NCBI GenBank assembly: GCA_963834365.1
Contig: CAWIBS010000036.1
Span: 277,439 to 341,438, forward strand
Length of the DNA: 64,000 nt
Direction of reading: 5' to 3'
DNA from: Vicinamibacterales bacterium
GTDB lineage: Bacteria > Acidobacteriota > Vicinamibacteria > Vicinamibacterales > Vicinamibacteraceae
Part shown: in pieces, positions 1 through 10,667 of the stretch
Layout: every line of letters starts with the position of its first letter
Numbering within the stretch: position 1 is the first letter of the stretch
The notes under the pieces: generated by a model
Seen by the model: the letters and a program-made list of their open reading frames with translations, nothing else
What the model was told of the DNA's origin: nothing
The model's database searches: none
Made by a program: the position numbers and the translations under genes

Positions 1-426
1 GGGTCCGCCGGGGCCCATCCGCTGATCGTCGTGGACTTCGGGACCGCGACCACCTTCGACGCCGTGTCCGCCGCCGGCGAGTATCTCGGCGGCGTCATCT
101 GTCCCGGCGTTCAGATCTCGGCCGATGCGCTGTTCCAGAAAGCCGCGCGCCTGCCACGCGTCGAGGTCCGCAAGCCACCGGCGCTCATCGGCCGGACGAC
201 TGTGGGGTCGATGCAGTCGGGACTGTTCTTCGGACAGGTCGCGATGGTGGAGGGCATCCTGCGCCGGATGCGAGTCGAGCTCGACGCCGAGTCGCCCCAG
301 CGGGTCGTCTGCATCGCGACCGGTGGCATGGCACGTACCATTGCCGAGGAGATCGACGCCATCACGGCAGCCGACGAGGACCTCACCCTGCAAGGTCTGA
401 GAATCGTCTGGGAGCGCCAGGGCTGA
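1..426 (+). CDS. coaX: Type III pantothenate kinase (CoaX), C-terminal part; 5' end outside window
   Basis: ORF 31..426 stays open to the left edge. Translation ...DFGTATTFDAVSAAGEYLGGVICPGVQIS...IGRTTVGSMQSGLFFG...VCIATGGMA is the C-terminal half of the ASKHA-fold type III PanK family. Confidence 0.8.
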   Translation, partial: GSAGAHPLIVVDFGTATTFDAVSAAGEYLGGVICPGVQISADALFQKAARLPRVEVRKPPALIGRTTVGSMQSGLFFGQVAMVEGILRRMRVELDAESPQRVVCIATGGMARTIAEEIDAITAADEDLTLQGLRIVWERQG

Positions 427-430
427 GACC

Positions 431-629
431 AGCTACGAGTTACGAGTTACCAGTTACCAAAAAGACCAAAGACCAAAGACCAAAGACCAAAGTGAGCTTC
501 CAATGCACGCCGGACCTAAAGGTCCGGCCTACCAGTGAGGCCGCGGCAAGATCGGTAGGGCGGGGCTTCAGCCCCGCCGACGGGGACCGAAGACCGAAGA
601 CCAAGACCGAAGACTGAAGACTGAAGACC
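431..629. repeat. Composite intergenic repeat cassette: heptamer arrays flanking two palindromes
   Basis: Read directly: GCTACGA GTTACGA GTTACCA GTTACCA (432-459), AAAA, GACCAAA x4 (464-491). Then hairpin GCCGGACC-TAAA-GGTCCGGC followed by CTACC (509-533), and GGTAG followed by hairpin GGCGGGGC-TTCA-GCCCCGCC (554-578). Then GACCGAA/GACTGAA x6 (585-629), ending on the ATG at 630. Confidence 0.9.
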
Positions 630-1391
630 ATGCCGTCCCCTCCCGCCGACTACTGCCGGCAGATCGAGGCATACCTGTGCCGGAAGAACGACGGGCACCT
701 GATTCGCATCGTCGGACCCGCGTTCGACAAGGTGCGAGGCTGGGAAGATCGCGGCATTCCGATCAAAATCGTGCTGCAGGGGATCGACCGCACGCTGGAG
801 CGGCGCGCAGGATCGCGCATGAAGCCGCGGCGGCCCGTTCGCATCGAGTTCTGCGAAGCCGACGTCCTCGACGCGTTCGATGCCTGGCGGCGGGCAGTCG
901 GCGTGGTCGCGGCGGCCGGTTCGGTCGATCCGGTTGACGCGGGCGGACCGTCGGCTGACGACGAGACGGAGGTCGTCCTGCCGGTGTCGCTCCGGCGCGC
1001 CGCCCCGCTCCAGCGACACATCGACCGGGCGATGAGCCGGCTGACGCAGCGGCGGCTCGACCCGGCGCTGCCGGCGCATCTCTCCGAGGCGATTGACGTC
1101 GCACTCGCGGCGCTCGACGGCCTCCGGGCGCGCGCGAAGGGGGCCCGGGGCCACGCCCGTGACGAAGTACGGTCGGCGCTGGCGGCGATCGATGCCAGCT
1201 TCACCCGTGCGGCGGCCGACGGTCTGGCACCGGACCAGCGCGCGCAGGTCGAACGCGAGGCCCGCCGCGAGCTCCAGCCCTTCCTGGCTCGGATGCCGGC
1301 CGACGCCCGGTCGCGGGCCATCGCCGCGGCGACGGAGCGGCTGGTCAGGACTGAGCTCGGCCTGCCTGACCTCGCCGGGGGGCTCCCTTGA
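630..1391 (+). CDS. Hypothetical protein (Arg/Ala-rich, no recognisable family)
   Basis: 253-aa ORF from ATG 630 with the same G/C third-position bias as neighbours; overlapping opposite-strand ORFs look like GC shadows. N-terminus CRQIEAYLCRKNDGHLIRIVGPAFDKVRGWEDRGIP. No Shine-Dalgarno; the ATG abuts the GACYGAA array. Confidence 0.5.
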   Translation: MPSPPADYCRQIEAYLCRKNDGHLIRIVGPAFDKVRGWEDRGIPIKIVLQGIDRTLERRAGSRMKPRRPVRIEFCEADVLDAFDAWRRAVGVVAAAGSVDPVDAGGPSADDETEVVLPVSLRRAAPLQRHIDRAMSRLTQRRLDPALPAHLSEAIDVALAALDGLRARAKGARGHARDEVRSALAAIDASFTRAAADGLAPDQRAQVEREARRELQPFLARMPADARSRAIAAATERLVRTELGLPDLAGGLP

Positions 1392-1430
1392 GAAAATTCG
1401 TCGGGTTCTGGGCTAGGCTGAACCGGGTCC

Positions 1431-2348
1431 ATGCTGGCTGACGCACCAGGATCGCTCGGGGCTGTCCACGGAACGGTCGTCAGCGCTGCTGACGCGGCCT
1501 CCCTCCACGAGCGTGCGGGCGCCGCACAGTGGGGGGTGTCGATCGATCGCTTTCACGAGGCGCTCGAGCGCACCGTCGCCAAGACGTTCGCCGACCACGG
1601 ACCTCCGCCGGGCTCGCTGGACGAGTATCTCGCGGCGCTGCACATCGAGGACCTGGCGCTGGCGGTCGGCTGCGCCGATGGCGCGGATTCGGCGTGGGAA
1701 GCGTTCATCGCACGCCACTGGGCCGACCTGACGCGGTCGGCGCAGGCGATGGCCGGTGCGGCGGAAGGCGATGAGATCTGCAGTGCGTTGATGGCCGACC
1801 TGTTCGCTCGCAGCGCGGATGCGTCAGCGCGGCGGCCGCTGTTCGATTACTTTCACGGCCGCAGCCGGATATCCACGTGGCTGCGCGCGCTGGCGTCGCG
1901 ACGACATGTGGACCGCCTGCGCGCCACGAAACGGCTCGAGCCGCTCGACGACGACGCGGCGGAGCGAGGAGCCGTGGACCGCGTCGATCCGGATCCCGAC
2001 GCGTCGCGGCTGGTCGAGGCTCTGCGGGCGGCCCTGCGACGAGCGGTGGCCGATCTGCCGTCGCGCGATCGCCTGCGCCTCGCGTATTACCATGCGGACG
2101 GCCTGACGCTTGCAGCCATCGGACGTCAGTTCGGCGAGCACGAAGCGACCGTCTCTCGAAAGCTCCACCGTACGCGCGAACGGCTGAGAGCGGACGTGGA
2201 CGAGGCGCTTCGCCAGGCCTATAACCTGGGACCGGACGAGATGGCGCAATGCTACGAAGACGCCATTGCGGCGGGCGGCATCGATCTGGGGATGCTGCGC
2301 CCTGATACAGTGGATCCGCAAGTTCCGGTATCGGCGAACGTTCCCTGA
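1431..2348 (+). CDS. Sigma-70 family (ECF-like) RNA polymerase sigma factor with N-terminal extension
   Basis: 305-aa ORF. The C-terminal LRLAYYHADGLTLAAIGRQFGEHEATVSRKLHRTRERLR is a region-4 helix-turn-helix, and FDYFHGRSRISTWLRALASRRHVDRLR resembles region 2. The stop TGA 2346-2348 directly abuts the anti-sigma ORF. Confidence 0.75.
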   Translation: MLADAPGSLGAVHGTVVSAADAASLHERAGAAQWGVSIDRFHEALERTVAKTFADHGPPPGSLDEYLAALHIEDLALAVGCADGADSAWEAFIARHWADLTRSAQAMAGAAEGDEICSALMADLFARSADASARRPLFDYFHGRSRISTWLRALASRRHVDRLRATKRLEPLDDDAAERGAVDRVDPDPDASRLVEALRAALRRAVADLPSRDRLRLAYYHADGLTLAAIGRQFGEHEATVSRKLHRTRERLRADVDEALRQAYNLGPDEMAQCYEDAIAAGGIDLGMLRPDTVDPQVPVSANVP

Positions 2349-3494
2349 TTGGACATGGTACGCCTCGACCCGAATCTTGCCATCGGCGGCCTGGCAGCCC
2401 GTGAGCTCGGCGCTCCACGCAGGGGCAGCGATCCGACGGGGGCCGCGGGTCTGTGTCCCGATGCGGAGCAGCTGGCCGCATATGTGGACGACGGCCTCAC
2501 GGACACGCAGCGCGAGGGAATCGAAGCCCATCTGGCGGCGTGCACTGCATGCCGACGTCTGATGGCGGCGCTCGTGCCCGCCGACGAGCCCCGCGCCGAG
2601 CCCGCCGACGTGCTGCGTCCGGTCTTCCGCGTGGACTGGAAGTGGCTGTCGATGGCGGCGATGGTCGTGCTCGCGGTCGGCGTCTGGTATGCGATGCGGC
2701 CGGCTCTGCCACGGCCGCCCAGTCAGCCCATGGCTCAAAGCGCGCCTGCACGACCCGATGCGGGAGAGGTCGCGGTGGCTGACACGCCGCGGCCCCGCGC
2801 CGCCGAGCCGCCACGGGCCGCGGCAAAGCCTTCGCCGCCGCCGGGACAGGCTGCGAGTGAGGTCGCTGACTCGTCCAACCGTCAAGCGACCGCGTTCACG
2901 ACCGAACAATTCCGACAACAGCAGGAGGCGGAACGCCGCCTCAAGAATCAGACGGAAGCAGCGGCGGCGAAGCGGCGCGAGTCCGCCGAAGGGGCAAAGG
3001 CCTCAGTGCAGGCGGCGCGCGCGGAGGCGCCAGTGCCTGCGCCGTCTCCGGCCGCCGCGGCCGCAGCCGCCGGCAGCGGGCGCGCCAACGTCGCCGCCGC
3101 CGCACCTCCCGAGGCCATCCTCACGGCGGCGCCGGCGTCGGCCGGGAGCGTCTTCGCCGATCCGGAGCGCCGGCTGCTGTGGCGGATTGTCGGCGGCAAC
3201 CGCATCGAATCGTCGAGCGACGCCGGGGCGACGTGGACGTCGCGTCATCGCGAGCCATCGGCGCGGCTGGTGACGGGCAGCGCGCCGTCGATCGAAGTGG
3301 CATGGGCGGCCGGCGCGCGCGGCGTCGTCCTTCGTCGAGTCGTGCCGGGCGGGTGGGTACGCGTGCCGGCGCCGGTGATCGAGACGCTCGTGTCGATCGA
3401 GGCGTCGGGCGCGAGTCACGCCGTCGTGTCCACCGCATCCGGCCAGCGATTCGCCACGCGCGACGGCGGGGCGACCTGGACCCTCGTTCCCTGA
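2349..3494 (+). CDS. Anti-sigma factor (zf-HC2), single-pass membrane protein with Asp-box C-terminal domain
   Basis: Starts TTG 2349 (or ATG 2355) right after the sigma stop. It has the zf-HC2 motif CPDAEQLAAYVDDGL...EAHLAACTACRRL and one hydrophobic span WLSMAAMVVLAVGVWYAM. An Ala/Pro-rich linker leads to two SxDxGxTW Asp-boxes (SSDAGATWT, TRDGGATWT). Confidence 0.7.
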   Translation: MDMVRLDPNLAIGGLAARELGAPRRGSDPTGAAGLCPDAEQLAAYVDDGLTDTQREGIEAHLAACTACRRLMAALVPADEPRAEPADVLRPVFRVDWKWLSMAAMVVLAVGVWYAMRPALPRPPSQPMAQSAPARPDAGEVAVADTPRPRAAEPPRAAAKPSPPPGQAASEVADSSNRQATAFTTEQFRQQQEAERRLKNQTEAAAAKRRESAEGAKASVQAARAEAPVPAPSPAAAAAAAGSGRANVAAAAPPEAILTAAPASAGSVFADPERRLLWRIVGGNRIESSSDAGATWTSRHREPSARLVTGSAPSIEVAWAAGARGVVLRRVVPGGWVRVPAPVIETLVSIEASGASHAVVSTASGQRFATRDGGATWTLVP

Positions 3495-3501
3495 ACCCAA
3501 A

Positions 3502-4801
3502 ATGGTGCCGCTCACACAGGGCGCGATCGTCGAGTTGACGATCGATCGACCCGTCGCGGGCGGGCGCATGCTCGCGCGGCTGGGGGGCCACGTCGTGCTC
3601 GTGACCGGCGCGATTCCCGGCGAGACGGTCCGCGCCCGCATCGAGCGCGTGGGCCGCGTCGTCCTCGCGAGCGCGTGCGACATCCTGACGCCGTCATCGA
3701 GCCGGCGCGCGCCGGCATATGACGCCTCCTGTGGAGGCGCGGCTTACGCCCACATCGCCTACGAGGCGCAACCCGCCCTCAAGGAGGCCGTGATCGTCGA
3801 TGCGCTGCGACACGGCGCGCGCATCGCCTGGACGACCGCGATTCGGGTGCACACCTCACACGAGCGCGGCTACCGGATGAAAGCGCGGCTGCGGGTGCGC
3901 GGCGCGCGGCCCGGGTTCCTGCGTGAAGGTACCCACGAGATCTGCAACGCGGCCGATACGGGACAGCTCCTCGAGGGCACGATGCCGGCGGTCGAGGGCT
4001 TCCTGCACGCGCTTCCTCGCCCGGTGCTCGAAAGCCTCGACGCGATCGAGCTCGCCGAGAATCTGCCGGGAACCGAGCGCGTGCTGCATCTCTCGTGGAT
4101 GGAGCGCTCACGCGTGCCGCGCGTGCTCGTCGAAGCCATCCGCGTGGTTGATGGCGTGACCGGCGTCACCGTGACCGATCGGGCGACGGGACTGCCGGTG
4201 CCCGTGGACGGCCGCGCGTTCGTCGCTGACCAGGTGCGCGCCTTCACGGAGGCACCGACGGGGGAGGGGAGCGGCGCCGTGCTTCAACGGCATGCGCCGG
4301 CGTTCTTCCAGGCGAACCGCTTTCTGCTCCGCGAGTCTCGTCGCTGCGGTGCTGCGGCAGGTGCCCGACGGGCCGGTGGTCGATCTGTACTCGGGAGTGG
4401 GCCTGTTTGCGATTGCCCTCGCCGCCCGCGGCCAGCCCTCGGTGACCGCGGTCGAAGGCGATCCCGTGTCCGGTTCGGACCTGTCCGCGAATGCGACAGC
4501 GTTCGGCGCACGGATCACGGTCCATCGCGAGGGCGTCGAGTCATGGAGTGCACAGGAGCGGCTCGACCGGGAGGCGACGATCGTTCTCGATCCGCCGCGG
4601 ACCGGACTCTCACGACCGGCGCTCGATGGCCTGCTGGCGCTGCGCGCTCCGCGACTGGTGTACGTGTCGTGCGACGTCGCGACGCTGGCGCGCGACGTCC
4701 GCCTCGCGACCGGCGCCGGCTATCGGCTCACGCACCTCGAAGCCTTCGATCTCTTTCCGAACACGGCGCACGTCGAGACACTGGCCGTGCTCTCGCGGTA
4801 G
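3502..4801 (+). CDS. TRAM-domain class I SAM-dependent RNA (uracil-5) methyltransferase, RlmD/TrmA family; one apparent frameshift
   Basis: ORF 3502.. gives the TRAM-like N-terminus (GAIVELTIDRPVAGGRMLARLGGHVVLVTGAIPGETVRARIE) through ...HAPAFFQANRFLL. The SAM-binding half (VVDLYSGVGLFAIALA, IVLDPPRTGL, YVSCDVATLARD, LEAFDLFPNTAHVE) continues in another frame (ORF 4292..4801). The frame change lies near 4335. Confidence 0.75.
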
Positions 4802-4831
4802 CGTGCACGGAGCGCCAGCCCGCGACGTGCG

Positions 4832-5518
4832 TCACATCGACTGCGCGGCGCGCACGAATCCCGCGAACAACCCGTGGAACTCGTCGCCCGTGCGGAAATT
4901 CTCCGGATGCCACTGGACGCCGACGCAGAACCGCGACGCCGGCCGCTCCACCGCTTCGATGACGCCGTCGGATGCCGTGGCCGTGACGACGAGACCCGCC
5001 GCGGGCGTCTTGATCGCCTGGTGGTGCCGGCTGTTCACGTCACATCGGCCCTGCGCGTCCACAACGCCGTCGAGCAGGCCGGCGAGAATGGAATCTGCCG
5101 CGACCGCGATCGCGTGAGCGATCGTGTCCTTGGGAATGGTTGACGGCAGGCCGTGGGTCAGCGGGTGCGGCACCTGGCTCGGAATGTCCTGCACCAGCGT
5201 CCCGCCCAGGGCCACGTTCAACACCTGGAGCCCGCGGCAGATCGCCAGCACGGGCAGGTCGCGGGCGACGGCTTCGCGCGCCAGCGCGATTTCATACTCG
5301 TCGCGGCCTTCGACCGCCGGCACGAACGTCGAATGCCGCGGTTCGCCGTAGTGGCGCGGATCCACGTCCGCGCCGCCGAGCAGAATCAACCCCGTGACGC
5401 TCCCGACCACCTCCGCGGGATCATGGCGACCGTAGTCGAGCAACAGCGTGTCCGCACCGGCCGCCTTCAGCGCGGCCAGGTAGTCGTCCATGTGATTGGC
5501 GGGAGCGATGGCAATCAT
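4832..5518 (-). CDS. Class I glutamine amidotransferase / peptidase C26 (gamma-glutamyl-GABA hydrolase family)
   Basis: Intact 228-aa ORF with nucleophile elbow LAICRGLQVLN, then NSRHHQAI and GVQWHPE (His-Glu of the triad). Confidence 0.8.
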   Translation of the reverse strand: MIAIAPANHMDDYLAALKAAGADTLLLDYGRHDPAEVVGSVTGLILLGGADVDPRHYGEPRHSTFVPAVEGRDEYEIALAREAVARDLPVLAICRGLQVLNVALGGTLVQDIPSQVPHPLTHGLPSTIPKDTIAHAIAVAADSILAGLLDGVVDAQGRCDVNSRHHQAIKTPAAGLVVTATASDGVIEAVERPASRFCVGVQWHPENFRTGDEFHGLFAGFVRAAQSM

Positions 5519-5530
5519 CGGGCGGGTCCG

Positions 5531-7554
5531 CTACATCCTGGCCGGGACGCCGGCCCCCATCAGATCGAGGGCGCGAGTCAGTTGCCGGCGGAAATAGCTC
5601 ACGACCGCGGCGCGCCAGATCCGATGCTCGGCCCGTTCTTCCGCGAGGATCGGGTACTTGTGATAGAGCCCGTTGAACGCCTGCGCCAGCGTGAACGCGT
5701 ACTTGGCGAGGCCTGCCGGCTCGAGCGCGCGCACGGACTGGACGGTCACCTCGTCGAGGCGCGCCGCCTCCAGCGCGAGATGCCACAACTCGTCGCCTTC
5801 CTCACCGGGTTCGAGCGGCGCCGGCGAGGTTTCGGCCAGCCGGTCGAGCAACGCCTGCTCGGACAGGCCTTCCCGCGCCTCGAGCTTGGCGAAGATGTTC
5901 TGTGCGCGAACGACCGAGTACTGCAGGTAGGGACCGCTCTCGCCCTCGAAGCTCAGCGCCTCGTCGATGTCGAAGGCGATGATCTTCGTGCGGGTGAACT
6001 TCACCAGGAAATAGCGGACCGCGGCGACGCCAATCATCTCCGCCGTGCGTCGCGCCTGTTCGGCCGGCATGTCAGGATTGCGGGCCGAGACCTCGGCGAG
6101 AGCCTTCTCGATCAGCCGATCGAGCAGGTCATCAGCCTTCACCCCCAGTCCCTTGCGCCCGGACACTTCGACGAACGGCTTGCCATCGTCAAACCCTTCG
6201 TAGCCGAGCTCGCGGGCCGTGCGATGCGTGAGCGCCACCATCCCGTAGGAGAAGTGCGTCGATCGCTCGGACTCGCGCTGGTGGCCCAGCGTCGCCAGCG
6301 CCTGCTTGAGCAGCTTCTGCAGATACGCCTGCCGCGTGTCGATCACGTTGTAGACGGCGGCCGCGCGACCGAACGCTGGACGTTCGCCGGCGTCCTCACT
6401 CGTGGCCGTGCTGGTCGTCGCCCAGAGCGTGCCGCCGCCGAGCCGCGTGGCGAAGGGGCGGTAGTGGAAGTCGCGCCCCAGCAACCCGAACTTCCAGGTA
6501 CCTGGTACGCGATGTCCTTGCCGACGTAGGTAACGGTGCCATCCGACCGCACGATCACCTTCTCACGCTGCTCGCCCTCGTCCGCGTCGTCTTCGGGCGC
6601 GTCGGCAGCGGCGTCGCCGCCGACGTGTTCGTCGATCGGCATCACCCAGCAGCCGGCCAGCTTGCCCTCGGTCTGCCGGAACAGCGCGCCGCTGTCGCGG
6701 AGGATGTCGAAGGCGGTGGCCCAGAACTTCAGCCGCAGGATGTCGCCTTCCCAGCTCAGAAGGTCGTAGTCCACGTTGAGCCGTGCCATCGTCTTCAGAT
6801 GGGCGCGGACGATGCGATCCGCGATCACGGCGCCGATCGCCGCCGTCTCGCTGCCGCCGTGCTCGATCGCGTGCAGCGTCTGCCGGCGCACGTCCAGTCG
6901 CGAGCGGTCAGCCTCGTACCACTCGGTGACCCGCGCGTAGAGGTCCCAGCAGTAGTAGTCGAAGCGGGTCGCGTCGGCGAGGGCCCGCACCTCCGCGAGC
7001 GACTTGCCCTCGAGCCGTTCGAACCCGACGACGACGTCGGCGACCTGCACGCCGGTGTCGTCGATGTAGTTCTGGACCTCGACCGGCACCCCGCACGCCC
7101 GCAGCATGCGCACGAGCGTGTCCCCGAGCGTCGAGTTCCGCAGGTGGCCGATATGCGCCGCCTTGTTGGGATTGATCGCGGTGTGCTCGACGATGGTCTT
7201 CTCGCGCGGCAGGCCGACGTCGGCCGCCGCCGTGGTGGCGTCCGGGCCGAGCGCGCCGCGCAGGAACGCGGCGCGATCGAGGAAGACGTTCACATAGCCG
7301 TTGGCGGTGGCGTCGAACCGCGCGACACCCGGGACGTGCGGCAGCGCCGCGACGAGGTCCTGCGCGATGGCGCGCGGGGCCTTGCGCAGGTGGCGCGCCA
7401 GCTCGAAGGCGACCGGGCAGGCCAGGTCGCCCAGCGCGCGGCTGGGAGGCTGCTGCAGGACGACGGCCGGCAGGGCGGCGGGATCGAGCCCGAAGCGGGA
7501 GGTCAGCGTGTCGCGAAGGGCCGAGCGAACGGCCGCGTGAAGGGCCAGCAGCAT
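5531..7554 (-). CDS. argS: Arginine--tRNA ligase; one apparent frameshift
   Basis: ORF 6343..7554 holds the N-terminal and catalytic part (HIGH motif as NPNKAAHIGHLRN; ...VTYVGKDIAYQ). ORF 5531..6484 holds the anticodon-binding end (...YFRRQLTRALDLMGAGVPARM). The junction ...YQV-WKFGLLGRDFHY needs a 1-nt correction at about 6497. Confidence 0.9.
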
Positions 7555-7671
7555 GGGGCGTGGTGTCGGATCAGGGTCTCGCCAGCGAGCGGTGCGGCGC
7601 GTCGAGGGCGTGAGCGCGTCAACCTCGTCGCGGTTTGACTGGGCCGTGTCGCTGCGTTACGATGCGCCGCA

Positions 7672-8302
7672 TTACGCTCGGTCCGCCAGCGCGCAGGCAC
7701 GGTCGTAATCCTGCGGCGTGTTCACGTTGGACAACATGATGTGCTCGGGGTCGAATCCGGCCATCGTCTCCGGTCCGATCTCGGCGACGCGCACCTCGCG
7801 CAGCAGATCGACGACGGCCAACCGGCCCCTCGCGAGGTGCTCCCGTACCGTGGGAAGCACGGTGCCCGAGTAGGCGGCGCACAGCGGATGGAAGCCCTCC
7901 GCCGATCGAGGGACCGCCACCTCGACCTCACCAACCGTCGCGACCAGATGCTCCAGGAACGGCGCCGACAGGAACGGCATGTCGCAGGCGACGATGATTG
8001 TGATCGCGGCCTCGCTTCGCAGCAGAGCCGTGTAGATGCCACCCAGCGGACCGTGTCCCGGCATCGCGTCGGGCACGACCTCGACCGCGCCGGGTTCCTC
8101 CGGCATGCCAGGCGCGCGAATCGAAGGCGCTCCGATCGTCGCCGCCGGCGATCAGGAGCACGGTGGGCACGATCTGGTGGAGCACCGCCAGCTGGCGCGA
8201 CAGAATCGTGCGGCCGCCGACGACGAGGCGACTCTTGTCGGCGCCGCCCAGGCGGGATGCCCGGCCTCCGACCAGGATCGCCGCCCCGTACGCACGCTCC
8301 AT
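7672..8302 (-). CDS. mobA: Molybdenum cofactor guanylyltransferase MobA; one apparent frameshift
   Basis: From ATG 8302: MERAYGAAILVGGRASRLGGADKSRL (nucleotide-binding loop)...LLIAGGDD. The C-terminal frame is ORF 7672..8106 (GHGPLGGIYTAL, IVACDMPFL). The frames join near 8107-8112. Confidence 0.75.
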
Positions 8303-8389
8303 GGGTCTCGTGATCGGCTCGCTCGCTCCGGCGACCGAAGCGCCGACCACCTCGCGCGATCGCCGAACGGTCGCTAACGTTACCAGAAA

Positions 8390-9002
8390 ATGAGCGAACC
8401 GAAAATCGGCCGACTCGTCGTCGCCAGCTTGCATCAGGCCATCGCCGAGCGGCTGCCGATGCGAATCGAATTCTACGAAAACTGGTTGAAGCCACTCGGC
8501 CTGCTGGTCGAGGGGCGGACCATCGGTGCCGCGTCCTTCTCGGCGGCCTTGAGCTTCCTCCGGCGCGAAGATCCAGCCTCGCTCTATGGGGAGATCACGC
8601 GTCGGGCCGGCGTGCTGGCGGCCGAGTGGGCCTTCGACGACGTGGGCTGGGCACAGCGGCGCTGGAATCGGATGCTGCCGCTGACTCTGCGCACGCGATC
8701 GGCGTTGCGTACGGCGAGTCGTGTGGCGCGCGCGGCGTACCCTGGCAGCCGGGTGACGTTCCGCGCTCGACAGGGAACGCGCCGCGATCGAGGTCCGGTC
8801 GTCGATTTTCTGCCAGGTTCGCGAAGCCGTCGAGTCGCCGCTCTGCGGCTTCTACGAGGGCCTGGTCCACCGGCTGCTTGCCGAGTACGGACTCGACGGC
8901 CGGGTTCGCATCGTCAAGTGCCGCGCCTCGGGTGGCCAGACCTGTGATCTCGAGCTCGCAGAGCTGGGGGATGCCGTGCGCCCTGGCCACGGAGGTCGCG
9001 TC
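8390..9002 (+). CDS. Hypothetical protein with V4R-like (COG1719-type) cysteine-containing C-terminal domain; frame and stop unresolved
   Basis: ORF 8390..8947 N-terminal part is MSEPKIGRLVVASLHQAIAERLPMRIEFYENWLKP.... From about 8800 a different frame reads SIFCQVREAVESPLCGFYEGLVHRLLAEYGLDGRVRIVKCRASGGQTCDLEL, the C...C...G...C..G..C pattern of V4R domains. That frame has no stop before the next gene, so the 3' boundary is uncertain. Confidence 0.4.
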
Positions 9003-10620
9003 GTGAAAGGCCTCACCACGGTGTGCGCGGCACTGACGGTGTGCGGGCTCACTGCGGCCGCGAGCGCGCAAGTGACGCCCGGGACGACCCGCATCGTCGT
9101 CATGCCGTTCGAGACCACCGACCGTGACCCGCACAGCCTCTGGCTGGGCGAGGCGGCGGCCGTGCTCATCGGCGACACGCTGCGCGCCGTGGGCTTGCCG
9201 GCGCTGACGCGTGCCGAGCGCGTGAGCGCGTTCTCGGAGGTGAATCTGCCGTCGGACGCCACGCTCAGCTATGCCAGCCTGATCCGCGTCGGACAGATCG
9301 TGGCGGCGAGCGACATCATCGTGGGTACCTTTCGCGTGAGCGGCGGGGAGATTGTCCTCGACGCGCGTCGCATCCGGCTCGACACCGGCCGCGTGCAGGA
9401 GCAGACGACCGATCGCGCGCCGCTGCGCGATCTGTTCGTGTTGCACGATCGGGTCGCACGGCGGCTGATGGGCGTCAAGACAGCGCCCGCCGCCGCGCCG
9501 GCCGACAGCCCGCCGCTCGAGGTCTTCGAATTGTTCGTGAAGGGGCTCATCGCGGAACAGAACGAGACACGGATTCGATTCCTGCAGCAGGCGCTCGCGG
9601 CGCATCCCCGATACGATCGCGCGCAGCTGGGGTTGTGGGACGCCTACACCGAGCAGGGCGATCACGCGCGGGCGCTGGCGGTCGCCCAGGCCGTGGCGCC
9701 GACGTCGCGGCTGAGTCGTCGCGCGCGATTCAACGCCGGACTGTCGCTCGTCGAGCTGCGGCGGCTGGACGACGCGTTCACGGCATTCAAGGCTCTGATG
9801 GACGAGCAGCCCGCGGCCTCGATCTACAACAACCTGGGCGTCATCCAGGTGCGCCGCGCCGCGGTGCCGTCAGTCGGGCCGCGCGACGTTCTACTTCAGC
9901 AAGGCGTCCGAGGTCGATGCCGAGGAGCCCGATTACTTCTTCAATCTCGGGTACGCCTACTGGCTCGATCGCGACGTGCCCGCGGCCGTCTACTGGCTGC
10001 GCGAAGCGGTTCGGCGCAACACGGCCGATGGCGATGCGCACTTCGTGCTGGGCGCCGCGCTCCAGGCGATGGGGACGCCGGCGGAGGCCGCGCGCGAGCG
10101 GGAGCTCGCTCGACAGCTGTCGTCGAAGTACGGGGAGTGGGAGAAGCGCTCGCCGGGGGCGGCGGACCCCGTGCCTCGCGGTCTCGAGCGCCTGGCCCCG
10201 GATCTCGAGCACCTCCACGGCGCGCGCCTGGACGTCGCGGCGCTCGGCGCCGCGCAGCGCGAGCAGGCGCAGCTGGCCGCGTTCCATCTCGAGCGCGGCC
10301 AACGGCTCTTCGATCAGGAACAGAACCGGGAAGCCCTGGCGGAGCTGCGCAAGGCGGTCTACCTCGCGCCCTACAACGCGGCCACCCACCTGCTGATCGG
10401 CCGGATCTATCTCCGGACGGGCCGGCCGCGCGAAGCCATCGACACCCTGCGCGTCGCGCTCTGGAGCCAGGAGACCGCGGCTGGCCGGCTGACGCTGGGT
10501 GAAGCGCTGCTGGCGGCAGGCGACCCGGTGGCCGCCCGCGTCGAGGCGCGACGGGCGCTCGAGCTCGAGCCGTCGAATGCCGAGGCTAAAGCTCTGCTCG
10601 CTCGGCTCGATAAACGATAA
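9003..10620 (+). CDS. Secreted TPR-repeat protein; one apparent frameshift
   Basis: GTG 9003 gives a signal-like MKGLTTVCAALTVCGLTAAASAQ. The body switches frame near 9877 into ...ATFYFSKASEVDAEEPDYFFNLGYAYWL... (ORF 9976..10620 extended upstream). TPR-like hairpins include ATHLLIGRIYLRTGRPREAIDTL and LTLGEALLAAGDPVAARVEARRALELEP. Confidence 0.7.
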
Positions 10621-10667
10621 CGGACCGACTTTCACACTCTGCTACGATTCTGTTTATCGAGAGCCGT

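Noticed and set aside
431-629. The heptamer arrays as CRISPR arrays or as microsatellite-type contingency loci inside genes.
   Set aside because: Units are 7 nt with no spacers, so they are not CRISPR. Except for the tail at 32329-32382 they are intergenic, so classical in-ORF phase variation does not apply.
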